A stretch of 63,773 nucleotides of DNA, counting the filler. It is 3 parts of 3 records of this genome, joined end to end, with 100 filler letters (N's around TTAATTAATTAA, not from the genome) between each part and the next. Parts side by side here need not be neighbours in the genome. Positions count along the whole stretch, not along the records: positions 38,338 to 63,773 come from DRR723986_9145; 2 more parts are not named here. One strand, 5' to 3'. The position numbers and the translations under genes are program-made. Positions 48,280 to 57,632 of the stretch are shown piece by piece (position 1 is the stretch's first letter; each line of letters begins with the position of its first letter). The notes beneath the pieces are model-generated. The model was not told where the DNA came from and ran no database searches. It saw only the letters and a program-made list of their open reading frames with translations.

Positions 48280-49185
48280 TCAGCGAACCTCGGCAACGAA
48301 CTCATGACCGGCCGTTCCATGATAGAATCCATTGCTGAAAGGCGCCGTGCCACAAAGCTCCCGCAAAGACGCGCCTGCCTCTTCCGCCGGCATGGCGCCA
48401 TTGAGGACAGCCCGGAACGCCTGCGCCACCGCTACCATATCGATCGCTTGCGGCATGAGCCGAAGGTGAGAGACGCCGTCTGCCGCGAGCTGCCCTGTCT
48501 CGGCCAGCAGGCAGACATAACTCTCTGACTGGGTCTGAATGCCATTCACCCTCAGGATTGGTCTCCCGTCCACTGTGCCCAATGGCATGCCGTCCATATC
48601 AAGCTCGCAAACAAACTGGCAATTATCCTTGGTGCGGCCATGCGCGCGCGCGTGATAACAGCGCGCCGACACCGCGAGCGAGGCGCGGCCAAACACTTGA
48701 ACTTCAACACCAAGCCCAAGTTCACGAGCCACCTGTGCGGCAATGCGGATGGATGCAGAAGGTAATTCAGTAGGCAGACAGATATGCCTCGCTCCTCTCC
48801 CGGCCATCCAGGTGATCGCCGCCTCATTATAAGCGTTCATGAACGGCCCGATACGGTGAGGACACTTACCCCGTGCGAGCAGGCCTGCCGCATTGTTGAT
48901 TTCAATTTCGTGACTTTCCAGTGCCACCAGATCCTCAGTCGCCTTGCGCTCACGCTTCAGCATGACCTCCGCAAGCGAAGAGAGTATGACTTTCTTGCCG
49001 CCCCGCTCCAGGCGTGCGATCGTATCTGGCAGGTCAGGCTCGTGGAACGGTGCACGTTTTGAACAGATCACCTCTCCAAGATAGACCTCGTCCAGCGGCG
49101 CCTCATCGGCAATGCGCGCATAGAAATCACGGCGCGTTTCGGCAGACCAGTGATAAGCGATCGGGCCAAGTGTCAGTTTCGTCAT
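48280..49185 (-). CDS. ubiV: O2-independent ubiquinone biosynthesis protein UbiV (U32 family)
   Basis: LTLGPIAYHW, VYLGEVICSKR, SARCYHAR..KDNCQFVC, NGIQTQS. Confidence 0.93.
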   Translation of the reverse strand: MTKLTLGPIAYHWSAETRRDFYARIADEAPLDEVYLGEVICSKRAPFHEPDLPDTIARLERGGKKVILSSLAEVMLKRERKATEDLVALESHEIEINNAAGLLARGKCPHRIGPFMNAYNEAAITWMAGRGARHICLPTELPSASIRIAAQVARELGLGVEVQVFGRASLAVSARCYHARAHGRTKDNCQFVCELDMDGMPLGTVDGRPILRVNGIQTQSESYVCLLAETGQLAADGVSHLRLMPQAIDMVAVAQAFRAVLNGAMPAEEAGASLRELCGTAPFSNGFYHGTAGHEFVAEVR

Positions 49186-49190
49186 GCCGC

Positions 49191-50189
49191 TCACCGCCAT
49201 TTCTTTGATGCGAATGCGCCCTGGGTCTGTTTCTGCCCCTCCGTCAAGGCGACAAGGTCGGTGATGTTCGCAGGCCGTCCCGCACGAATATCATCCACCG
49301 CAGTGCGGAAGGCTGATACGACACTACGCACATAACTCTTCGATCTCTGCCGACCTTCTATCTTGAAAGCATGCACGCCTGCATCGATCAATTCAGGCAG
49401 GAGCCGCGCGAGATTGAGACTCACCGGTTCCTCAAAGGCGTAATAGGCATCGGAACGATGTGGTGCCGTGTATCGGCCCTTGCAGATAGTCGGGTAGCCA
49501 GCCTTTTCACCGCAGCCAAAACAATCAATCGAAAATCCCGCAAGCCGGGATGACATGGTCCCATCATCGTGGCGAATAAATTCCACATCGGAGGCTGGCG
49601 AGCAGACCCCGTCCATATTTGTCGACTGTCCGGTCAGGTAATTGGTGAGGCTGCACCTTCCCTCAACCATCAGGCCGTGATTTCCGAAGATGAATGTCTC
49701 GATCTCGCAGGGGATTTCTTTGCGAATTGCCCGGATCTCGGGAATTGTCAGAATACGTGGAAGCACAACCCGCTTCACTCCGAAATTCTCACAATAATAG
49801 CGGATCGCCTCCGGACTCGAAGCGGCCGCCTGCACCGAAAGATGTAACCTCATATCTGGATATGTACATGCAATATAATCGGCCACCCCCATGTCGGCGA
49901 CTATGAAGGCATCAACACCCAACCGTGCGCCAGTCTCGGCCGCCGACCTCCACAGGTCCACCTTCCCCGCCGGCGGATAGGTGTTGAGCGCCAGAAGCAC
50001 CTTGGCAGCTTTTGAGTGGGCATAGGCCACCGCACCGGCCAATTCGTCAGGCGTGAAGTTCAGGCCCGGAAAGTTTCGCGCATTCGTAGCGTTCTGGAAG
50101 CCGCAGTAGACTGCGTCAGCGCCTGCATCCACGGCGGTGCGTAATGCTGCAGGTGTCCCTGCAGGACAGATCAGTTCACCGGGAGTCAT
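49191..50189 (-). CDS. ubiU: O2-independent ubiquinone biosynthesis protein UbiU (U32 family)
   Basis: ELICPAG, TNARNFPGLNF, HLSVQA, EGRCSL, GVCSPA, YPTICKGR, KIEGRQRS. Confidence 0.95.
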   Translation of the reverse strand: MTPGELICPAGTPAALRTAVDAGADAVYCGFQNATNARNFPGLNFTPDELAGAVAYAHSKAAKVLLALNTYPPAGKVDLWRSAAETGARLGVDAFIVADMGVADYIACTYPDMRLHLSVQAAASSPEAIRYYCENFGVKRVVLPRILTIPEIRAIRKEIPCEIETFIFGNHGLMVEGRCSLTNYLTGQSTNMDGVCSPASDVEFIRHDDGTMSSRLAGFSIDCFGCGEKAGYPTICKGRYTAPHRSDAYYAFEEPVSLNLARLLPELIDAGVHAFKIEGRQRSKSYVRSVVSAFRTAVDDIRAGRPANITDLVALTEGQKQTQGAFASKKWR

Positions 50190-50731
50190 GCCTGCTGCCC
50201 CCCCTTTGCTTTACTTTTGTAAGCGCGCCTGAGCCGGGCCAGAATCGCCCGGCCTGGCGCACCCAGAACTCCAGCTGCTTCTTCCGCGATCGACCCTTCA
50301 ACATCATCAAGTGCATTTCGGAGGCGCACCACGGCTTCGGTATCGCCGGAGACATCCAGATCGCGCGAGAAGAAAGCGGCGTCGCCATCCCGTTCGGAGT
50401 CCACCAGTTCCAGCAGCAGCATGAACCGCCCCCGGATCCTGGCTTCAGCATGGGGCGCGCGATCACGCGGGACAGCCCGGAATGCGAGGGCTTTTGGATT
50501 GGGGCACAAATGAAGTGCGAATGGCAACTCGACCGCATCGATCAGGAAGGCACTCTGTTTGTACGACCCGAGCCGCGCGAAGACAGACGGGTGTCTGTCG
50601 CCAATCCGCCGGACAACATGTGAAAGAAGCGGCTGAACAAGCACGCAGGATAAACGCGAACCCGCGCCGCGGACGAGCTTCGCCCCCTTCGGATCAAGAC
50701 TGGCCCTCCAGTGCATGGTCGGCTCTTTCAC
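50186..50731 (-). CDS. ubiT: SCP2-domain ubiquinone accessory factor UbiT
   Basis: DGDAAFFSRDLDVSGDTEAVVRLRNALD. Directly upstream of ubiUV. Confidence 0.9.
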   Translation of the reverse strand: MKEPTMHWRASLDPKGAKLVRGAGSRLSCVLVQPLLSHVVRRIGDRHPSVFARLGSYKQSAFLIDAVELPFALHLCPNPKALAFRAVPRDRAPHAEARIRGRFMLLLELVDSERDGDAAFFSRDLDVSGDTEAVVRLRNALDDVEGSIAEEAAGVLGAPGRAILARLRRAYKSKAKGGQQA

Positions 50732-50792
50732 TCTGCTCCTGCCGAATCTCTACCGGCGGAATAGTGTTTAGGACCCAAGCGCTTTGGAACGC

Positions 50793-50806
50793 ATGATATT
50801 GATCAG
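50793..50806. promoter_or_regulatory. Degenerate FNR-type box upstream of ubiT
   Basis: ATGAT-ATTG-ATCAG (8/10 match), ~60 nt upstream of ubiT. Confidence 0.55.
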
Positions 50807-50914
50807 GCCAGGCGCAGGTATTTTCAGACCGCCGGTGCAATTTTTTTCGTATGAAACGACTGAGGGCGCATCTAGCATTCGGCTCTTGCCTGAAAAATCG
50901 AAGCTTTTGGTGTT

Positions 50915-51685
50915 ATGCCCCCGCTCCTGATCGCCGCCTTCCTGATCACGGCCCTTCTTTATGCAAGCGTCGGCTTTGGCGGCGGCTCCACGTACAACGC
51001 CTTGCTGGTCTTGAGTGGAGCAGATTACCGCGTCATGCCGTTGATTGCATTGGTCTGCAATGTGACCGTCGTCTGCGGCGGCATCTGGCGTTTTGCGCGC
51101 ACCGGCGATCTCTCAGCAAGGCGGCTGCTGCCCTTCCTGGCCGCATCTGTCCCTGCTGCATGGATCGGCGGCCGTACCCCAATCAGTGAGACCTTTTTTG
51201 TCGGGGTTCTCGGCGGAGCGCTTCTGTTGTCAGGAATACGCCTCACCTTCCTGAAACGTGGAAGCGAACCGGAAACGCGGCATGGCAGCTCACGCCGGAT
51301 CCATCCGATCCTTTCGACCAGTCTTGGCGGCGCAATCGGCCTGGTCTCAGGCCTTGTCGGAATTGGTGGTGGAATCTTTCTCGCCCCGGTTCTCTATTTC
51401 ATGCGTTGGGGAACACCTCGCCAGATTGCGGCCGCAAGCAGCCTGTTCATTCTGGTAAACTCGTTCTCCGGGCTCGCAGGCCAACTCATGAAGCTGCAGG
51501 ATATGGCACTATTAGCCGGAGCCGCACCGTACTGGAGCTTACCCATCGCAGTCTTTATCGGCGGCCAGGCAGGTTCCTGGCTTGCGAGCTATAAACTCAA
51601 ACCCGACCTGATCCGGCGGCTGACGGCTTTGCTCATACTCTATGTGGCCGCACGTCTCCTCTGGAGATGGACCGGGATGATCTGA
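50915..51685 (+). CDS. TauE/SafE (TSUP) family sulfur-compound transporter
   Basis: YASVGFGGGSTY and SGLVGIGGGIFLAP repeats; multiple TM helices. Confidence 0.9.
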   Translation: MPPLLIAAFLITALLYASVGFGGGSTYNALLVLSGADYRVMPLIALVCNVTVVCGGIWRFARTGDLSARRLLPFLAASVPAAWIGGRTPISETFFVGVLGGALLLSGIRLTFLKRGSEPETRHGSSRRIHPILSTSLGGAIGLVSGLVGIGGGIFLAPVLYFMRWGTPRQIAAASSLFILVNSFSGLAGQLMKLQDMALLAGAAPYWSLPIAVFIGGQAGSWLASYKLKPDLIRRLTALLILYVAARLLWRWTGMI

Positions 51686-51943
51686 GCAATGGCACGAGCC
51701 AGGTTCTTGATGGTTCGTATACCACCTGATTACAATTCCGATGCTGGAAGGATTCGAACGAACACTCGGCCTTGCGGAAACGGCCCCTGAGCCAATCGCA
51801 AATAGTGCCATCCTGTGAAATTTGTGCGGCGCTTTGGCAGCGAGATTGTCTACGCGCCTGACACTTCGTTACATCTGGGTGCTTATGTTCAATACCAGGC
51901 ATGCAGCGGCGAAGGTTTCCGAAGACAGCCTCTGACGCAGAGG

Positions 51944-52612
51944 TCATACCGGCACATTGAGGCCTGAAACGCCATCATAACCCACTCCACGGCCCGACGC
52001 CTCTGATGAATATGCGCGGCGTAAAAACTCCATCGCGCCGTCATATGAACTCGGGAAGGTGCACGATCCTCCACCAGACTGACATTCGAGAGCAATCCCG
52101 CACAAAAGAGCTCGGATCGTTGCCGCCGCGCTCTTGATATCGGTTCCGGAGCGAAGCGAACCATCTACGCTCGCCTGGCTCAATAAGGCAGTGATTTCAT
52201 CCAGATATACCTGTCTCGCCGTCAGCACCGCCGTCTCGAGATCCGGCATGGAAGGAAGCGGTCCGGAAGCAATCCGGAAGAATGCTCTCATCTTCACCTG
52301 ATGCGCGAGCGCATCAAGATGCAGGCGGCAATGTGAAACCAGCCTGTCGACCCCATTGGCTCCACGCCGACGCAAAGACCGGGCAAACCAGGCCCGCTCG
52401 GCGGACACATGTCTGACGGCCGCCACAAGTAACCCCTCCTTCGAGCCAAACCGCTGATAGGTCTGCCCCCGGCTATACCCTGCACGTTTTCCGACATCCT
52501 CGCAGGTGAGCGCTGATATTCCACTTTCCGATATGATCCGGTAGGCCGCCGTCAGCAGCTTGCGATCCGCCGTTGCGCGCCGCTCCGCCTGGGATTTTCT
52601 GACCACATACAT
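51944..52612 (-). CDS. TetR/AcrR-family regulator
   Basis: Start MYVVRKSQAERR at 52612 with GGAGG RBS. HTH GISALTCEDVGKRAGYSRGQTYQRFGSKEGL. Confidence 0.88.
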   Translation of the reverse strand: MYVVRKSQAERRATADRKLLTAAYRIISESGISALTCEDVGKRAGYSRGQTYQRFGSKEGLLVAAVRHVSAERAWFARSLRRRGANGVDRLVSHCRLHLDALAHQVKMRAFFRIASGPLPSMPDLETAVLTARQVYLDEITALLSQASVDGSLRSGTDIKSAAATIRALLCGIALECQSGGGSCTFPSSYDGAMEFLRRAYSSEASGRGVGYDGVSGLNVPV

Positions 52613-52836
52613 ACCGGTCCCCTCCGAGACGCCGTTACGGATGTACCCGCTGGCACCGCCGCCCTGAAGACAGCTGGCTGACATTACGAGTCGCCGCCAA
52701 AGCGAAGCACTCCTGCAACAGGAAGTGTTCGCAATGTATGCCCTTAAGCAAACGCGCACTTTCCGCTCGTTAATTCATTGCTGCTCCTTATACGGATTCT
52801 CACGGTACTTCCATCTCCCCGGCTTTGCACTATGCA

Positions 52837-52858
52837 AAAATGACGCATCCGTCATTTT
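52837..52858. promoter_or_regulatory. Palindromic operator (probably TetR-type)
   Basis: Perfect 9-bp inverted repeat AAAATGACG-CATC-CGTCATTTT between the divergent tetR and di-iron genes. Confidence 0.7.
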
Positions 52859-52955
52859 CCGTATATATCGGCCTGCCGCCAGATGCTATTCATTTATAAA
52901 CCAAGACCTGCGCGTACAGGCTCGCAGGCTGGCGATGCATAGGGAGGAAAACCAA

Positions 52956-54071
52956 ATGAAAGTACGTCTCGTCGATAGTCCGCCAACACAGCCCCGTACG
53001 TTCGAAGACCCCGGTGAACTGGCCGACAGGCTGACCCCCGAAGATGTTGAAATCGTCCGGGAAATCTTCAACACACCACTGACCGGCTCCTACAATTGGG
53101 ATTACGAAAGCGCGAACGTCAAAATCCGGCGGCTCTATGAACTTGGTAAGCGGTTCAATTGGAATGCTGAACTGGACGTCGACTGGGACGTGTATTTCGA
53201 CAAGTCGGAAGGCCCCTCGCAAGCCGGCCTGAACCCATTCCACGATCACCCGATCTATCTCGCCATGAGCGAGGAACAGCGCAACGAGTATGCCTGGCAC
53301 TCCCTGGCACAGGTGCTGTCGCAGTTCCTGCATGGCGAACAAGGGGCAATGATGGTCGCTTCGCAGCTCGTTTCCTGCGCGCCGACCTATGACGCCAAGC
53401 TCTACGCCGCCTCGCAGACCTTCGATGAGGCGCGCCATGTGGAAGTGTTCAACAAATACCTGCGCACACGCTGCAATGTCGAATACCCGGTAAATCCCAG
53501 CCTCAAATTGCTGCTGGACAAAATCCTGACCGACCCGCGCTGGGACCTGAAATTCATCGGCATGCAGGTTTTGATCGAAGGGCTGGCACTCGCCGCCTTC
53601 CAGACGATGTCGCAGACAACGCGCGACCCGCTTCTGCGCCAGATCCTGCACCTGGTCATGCGCGACGAGGGCCGGCATGTCGCCTTCGGCGTCAATTACC
53701 TGGAAGACTGGATCAAGGCGCTGAGCGAAGAAGAAGTCGAGGAACGCGCCCAGTTCGCCTATGAGGCCTGCGCCATCATGCGCGAACGCCTGTTCTCAAC
53801 CGTGGTGGAAGAGGAATTCGGCTTCGACGGCGAGGAAGCCCGCCGCATGTCGATCGACTCAAGTGGCGGACAGGCTTTCCGCAACTTCCTCTTTGAACGG
53901 ATGATCCCGAACCTGAAACGCGTTGGCCTGCTGACCGAAAGCGTGAAGCCGAAATTCGAGGCGCTGGGCGTACTGCAGTACGAACACGCGGCAACTGACG
54001 CCGAGATAGATTGGGCAGCCCTGGAGCGGCCCCTCGAGACAGGACAGATTGATCTTGCTGCAGCGGAATAA
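52956..54071 (+). CDS. Ferritin-like di-iron oxygenase (AurF/desaturase-like)
   Basis: FLHGEQGA, DEARH, LIEGLA, DEGRH carboxylate-bridged di-iron ligands. GGGAGG RBS before ATG at 52956. Confidence 0.88.
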   Translation: MKVRLVDSPPTQPRTFEDPGELADRLTPEDVEIVREIFNTPLTGSYNWDYESANVKIRRLYELGKRFNWNAELDVDWDVYFDKSEGPSQAGLNPFHDHPIYLAMSEEQRNEYAWHSLAQVLSQFLHGEQGAMMVASQLVSCAPTYDAKLYAASQTFDEARHVEVFNKYLRTRCNVEYPVNPSLKLLLDKILTDPRWDLKFIGMQVLIEGLALAAFQTMSQTTRDPLLRQILHLVMRDEGRHVAFGVNYLEDWIKALSEEEVEERAQFAYEACAIMRERLFSTVVEEEFGFDGEEARRMSIDSSGGQAFRNFLFERMIPNLKRVGLLTESVKPKFEALGVLQYEHAATDAEIDWAALERPLETGQIDLAAAE

Positions 54072-54086
54072 CCGCGTCTGTCCTTC

Positions 54087-54131
54087 AGGAGCGCCGGTCC
54101 GCTTTTCCCCCAAAAGGTGACCGGTGCTCCT
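54087..54131 (+). terminator. Stem-loop downstream of the di-iron gene
   Basis: AGGAGCGCCGGTC-CGCTTTT-CCCCC-AAAAGGT-GACCGGTGCTCCT. No U tract, so possibly a stabilising hairpin. Confidence 0.6.
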
Positions 54132-54563
54132 ACCGCCCCTCCAGGAGGTGAACCCTTGCTTTGAAACGGGACTTTCCGAGTTCCCGTGGCAGGATGCATG
54201 GCCGGTTCAGGCAGTCTGGCACCGTCCAGTGTTGCCGTCACATTCCGCTTTCTTCGCACAAGGGTCGACGGCTTGGTGTGACTGCCGAGCCGAACTTCTT
54301 TCTACGCGATTCAGGCGCTTTTGTTCACCTCGCAAAGAGACCATCACCCCTTTGACGGAATTGCCACAAGGCGTGTGTCACTATCTGGTTCGAGAGAACC
54401 AATCGCACCGAATGCCTCACAAGTAGTGGCCGCCCCGGAGCGCAAATGACCGCACGGATACCCCGCACTCCTGTGAATCCGCACACTTCAAACCAACACA
54501 CTTTCAGAAGTCTGGCCCCTCACGCAGGACAGTTCCAAAGTGTTAGAAATCATCGTTTCGTGG

Positions 54564-54746
54564 TCACAGCCCGATGCCTCTCCGCGCAAAGGCAATCGTG
54601 AACGGTACCAGGATCGTTCCCCAGAACAACATGTTGATTAAAGACCGGAAGATACCCCCATCCTCCTCAAGCGTAATGCCAACCATTCGAATGGCGGTAT
54701 CCCCTGGCAGCAGGAAAACATAGAGAAAAAACTTCAAAATCTTCAT
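54564..54746 (-). CDS. Small hypothetical membrane protein
   Basis: 60 aa, FLLPGD..EEDGGIFRSLINMLFWG followed by a TM helix. AT-rich promoter-like region upstream. Confidence 0.6.
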   Translation of the reverse strand: MKILKFFLYVFLLPGDTAIRMVGITLEEDGGIFRSLINMLFWGTILVPFTIAFARRGIGL

Positions 54747-55082
54747 GGAGGCACCCCGGTATCCAGTACGTGCCCTTCATGGAGAGATCACGCTTTCTAA
54801 AGGAGATGATCTATATTGGGCTCGGTCGTCCAAATCAATATTTAAAATATATATTTAGACGCTCGCAAGATACCGGCTCGCACACCGGGCCGCCCGGTAC
54901 CCATATGGAGACCGCCCCTTTATCTGCGACAACCGCCTACTGACGACCTACGAAATGGTCATTCGTCGTCAATTTCAGAAAAACCCCGATGAAACTCATG
55001 GACATGCCATGCAGCCGGCTTCGACCTCAAGAGACCGCGCCTGCCTTGCGACATCACGTCGTTGAACACCCCGGGTTTACAG

Positions 55083-56489
55083 TCAGACCAGATCGAAGGT
55101 TTCACCAGGCTCGGGTACACTGACATCGGATTCCCATTTCCCCCCAAGGCAGCGCCGCATGGCTTCAGCAGCAGCAGGCTCACCATGGGTTATAAAAGTA
55201 CGCTTCGGGTACTCCCTGAACCCATCGGCCCACCCCAACAAGGCGGTTCTGTCCGCATGAGCCGAAAATCCGCTGATACTCCGGATATCTGCATTCACAG
55301 GGACCCTGTCCCCAAATATGTTCACATACGAAGCCCCCTCGACCAAACGCCGCCCCAGCGTGCCGCTCGCCTGATACCCGGCAATCAGCACCGTATTTTG
55401 TGCTTTTGGTAACCCATGCCGCAAATGGTGAAGAATACGGCCTGCAGTACACATACCACTTGCAGAAAGTATGATCGCGCCCGACCTTATCAGATTGAGA
55501 CTCATCGAGTCTTCGACTGACTCAGTGAATTTTAGCAGGACCGAAGACTTGCCTGCAGCATGCCAATTGGCAAGCTTTCTCGCCTCGGCATCAAAGAGAT
55601 CGAGATGGCGCATGGTCAGCCGTGTGACAGCCTGGGCCATTGGCGAGTCAAGGAAGATGTTGAGATTCTTCAAGTGCCCCTGACAGGTCAGATGCTGGAA
55701 ATAGTAGATCAGCTCCTGCGACCGGCCGAGCGCAAAGGCCGGAATGATCAAATTACCTCTCTTCTCCTCCAGCGTATGCCGTGCAATTTCGAGCAGATCG
55801 TACAGAGAAGGCTCAAGCGCCTTATGGTCCCTGTCTCCATAAGTCGATTCAATTATCAGATAGTCTGCCGCTTCGACTTTCTGAGGATCGCGAATGATTG
55901 GCCGGCCTGGCTGTCCCAGATCCCCGGAGAACACGAGCTTGCGTTCGATGCCTGCCTCTATCACCCAGATTTCGAGTATCGCCGATCCCAGAATATGTCC
56001 GGCGTCACGCAACCTGATGCGCACGTTTTCAGCCGGAGAAAATGCCTCATCATATTCATGGCCGACAGTTTGACTGATCGCCGTGTCGGCGTCTTCGATT
56101 GTATAGAGCGGCGTCACTTGCCCCCTTTGTTTTCTGCGTACTTTCCCGTTGGAACGGTTGGCACGCTCAGCGTCTCGCTCATGAATATGTGCGCTGTCGT
56201 TGAGCATGATTTCCAGAAGTTCGGTGGTCGCAGTGCTGGTGTGTATCGGGCCGGAAAATCCGTCTCGGCAGAGCTTTGGCAACAGTCCGCTATGGTCAAT
56301 ATGCGCATGGGTCAGAACAACAAAATCCAGCGACGCCGGATCAAACGGAAACGCACGGCGGTTCTTCTCGTCAGCCTCCCGCCCTCCCTGAAACATGCCG
56401 CAATCAACGAGAAAACGAACGCCATCAGCTTCGACAAGATAGGCTGAGCCGGTCACTTCACCGGCAGCTCCGTGGAATGTCAGCTTCAC
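55083..56489 (-). CDS. MBL-fold beta-CASP metallo-hydrolase (TTHA0252/CPSF-like ribonuclease family)
   Basis: GAAGEVTGS, DCGMFQG, THAHIDHSG, AGHILGS, FSGDLG, ESTYGDR, FSAHAD, THGE. Confidence 0.93.
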   Translation of the reverse strand: MKLTFHGAAGEVTGSAYLVEADGVRFLVDCGMFQGGREADEKNRRAFPFDPASLDFVVLTHAHIDHSGLLPKLCRDGFSGPIHTSTATTELLEIMLNDSAHIHERDAERANRSNGKVRRKQRGQVTPLYTIEDADTAISQTVGHEYDEAFSPAENVRIRLRDAGHILGSAILEIWVIEAGIERKLVFSGDLGQPGRPIIRDPQKVEAADYLIIESTYGDRDHKALEPSLYDLLEIARHTLEEKRGNLIIPAFALGRSQELIYYFQHLTCQGHLKNLNIFLDSPMAQAVTRLTMRHLDLFDAEARKLANWHAAGKSSVLLKFTESVEDSMSLNLIRSGAIILSASGMCTAGRILHHLRHGLPKAQNTVLIAGYQASGTLGRRLVEGASYVNIFGDRVPVNADIRSISGFSAHADRTALLGWADGFREYPKRTFITHGEPAAAEAMRRCLGGKWESDVSVPEPGETFDLV

Positions 56490-56522
56490 GTCAATCTTCC
56501 TTTCGTATCGCCGGCGCTTTCC

Positions 56523-57380
56523 TCAGACTGGCGGCGTCTCATTGTAGAACTCGCAGATGACATGAATGGCTTCGGCTGCGGTATCGACGATCCGGAACAG
56601 CTCGACATCACCTGGGTCAACGAATCCTTCGTCAACCAGGAACCTGAAATCCACCACACGCTGCCAATAGGATTTGCCAATGAGGATGATCGGAATGGGG
56701 CTGATCTTGCCAGTCTGAACGAGGGTCAACACATCAAACACTTCGTCGAGCGTCCCAAAACCACCCGGGAACGCAACGAGGGCTTTGGCGCGCAGCAGAA
56801 AGTGCATCTTTCGAAGGCCGAAATAGCGGAACTGGAAACAGAGTTCGGGAGAGATGTAGGGGTTCGGCAGCTGCTCCATTGGCAGCTGAATGTTGAGGCC
56901 AATCGAGCGCGCCCCTGCTTCATCTGCGCCGCGATTCGCAGCCTCCATGATGCCAGGTCCTCCGCCCGTCACCACAACAAAGTCTGTCCGTCCCTCCGCT
57001 TGAAATCTCCGCGATACGATTCCCGAAAATCGCCGGGCTTCCTCATAGTAGGCAGACTGACGTTGCTGGCTTTCCAGATGCTCTTGGGCGGCGGCTGAGC
57101 GATCCTCCGGACTCCCGGATGCAAGTTCGGCTTCGACTTCCGCCGCAGACCTCACACGCGCACTGCCAAAAACGACAACCGTCGACTGAATACCTTCGTC
57201 CTGTTGCAGCAGGTCGGGCTTGAGAAATTCCAGTTGCAGGCGGACCGCGCGCAGCGTGTCCCGCTCAAGCAAATCGGGATCCTTCGATGCCAACCGATAG
57301 GCCGGGCTGTTAGCGAGACGATCGATACGCCCCTCTGCATCGGACTGAGATTCTGCGTTTAATCTGCCACCCTTTATCAC
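56523..57380 (-). CDS. LOG-family (TIGR00730) nucleotide phosphoribohydrolase
   Basis: VFGSAR, TGGGPGIMEAANRGA, RKMHF, FPGGFGTLDE. Confidence 0.92.
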   Translation of the reverse strand: MIKGGRLNAESQSDAEGRIDRLANSPAYRLASKDPDLLERDTLRAVRLQLEFLKPDLLQQDEGIQSTVVVFGSARVRSAAEVEAELASGSPEDRSAAAQEHLESQQRQSAYYEEARRFSGIVSRRFQAEGRTDFVVVTGGGPGIMEAANRGADEAGARSIGLNIQLPMEQLPNPYISPELCFQFRYFGLRKMHFLLRAKALVAFPGGFGTLDEVFDVLTLVQTGKISPIPIILIGKSYWQRVVDFRFLVDEGFVDPGDVELFRIVDTAAEAIHVICEFYNETPPV

Positions 57381-57632
57381 AGACAGTCCTCGCCATTAAG
57401 AGAAAGCTACTCACACCAGACCTAATACACTCGTATCATTTTTCAATACATAAATGACATCTGATAAGGACCCTTTCCCGATAATCCGATAGAAACCCAA
57501 AATTATTCCAATTTTGTTTGTACAATAGGTGCAGTTACCCCTTGAAAGATAATTTGTACATTTGTATTATTTTGATGTGATCAACACCACTCCCGCTTGG
57601 GAACACCAATACGTCATCTTGAAAGTTGCCGC

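Noticed and set aside
51746-51759. GTTCGAATCC T-loop-like sequence on minus (possible tRNA or att remnant)
   Set aside because: The flanks do not form a T stem or acceptor stem, and there is no CCA end or integrase nearby.
54959-55186. 75-aa minus ORF ending ..WHVHEFH..
   Set aside because: It overlaps the nuclease 3' end in another frame and matches no family I recognise.
57420-57580. TACA-N2-TGTA-like dyads as CecR operator
   Set aside because: A site is plausible here, but several weak alternatives in AT-rich DNA prevent a supported call.
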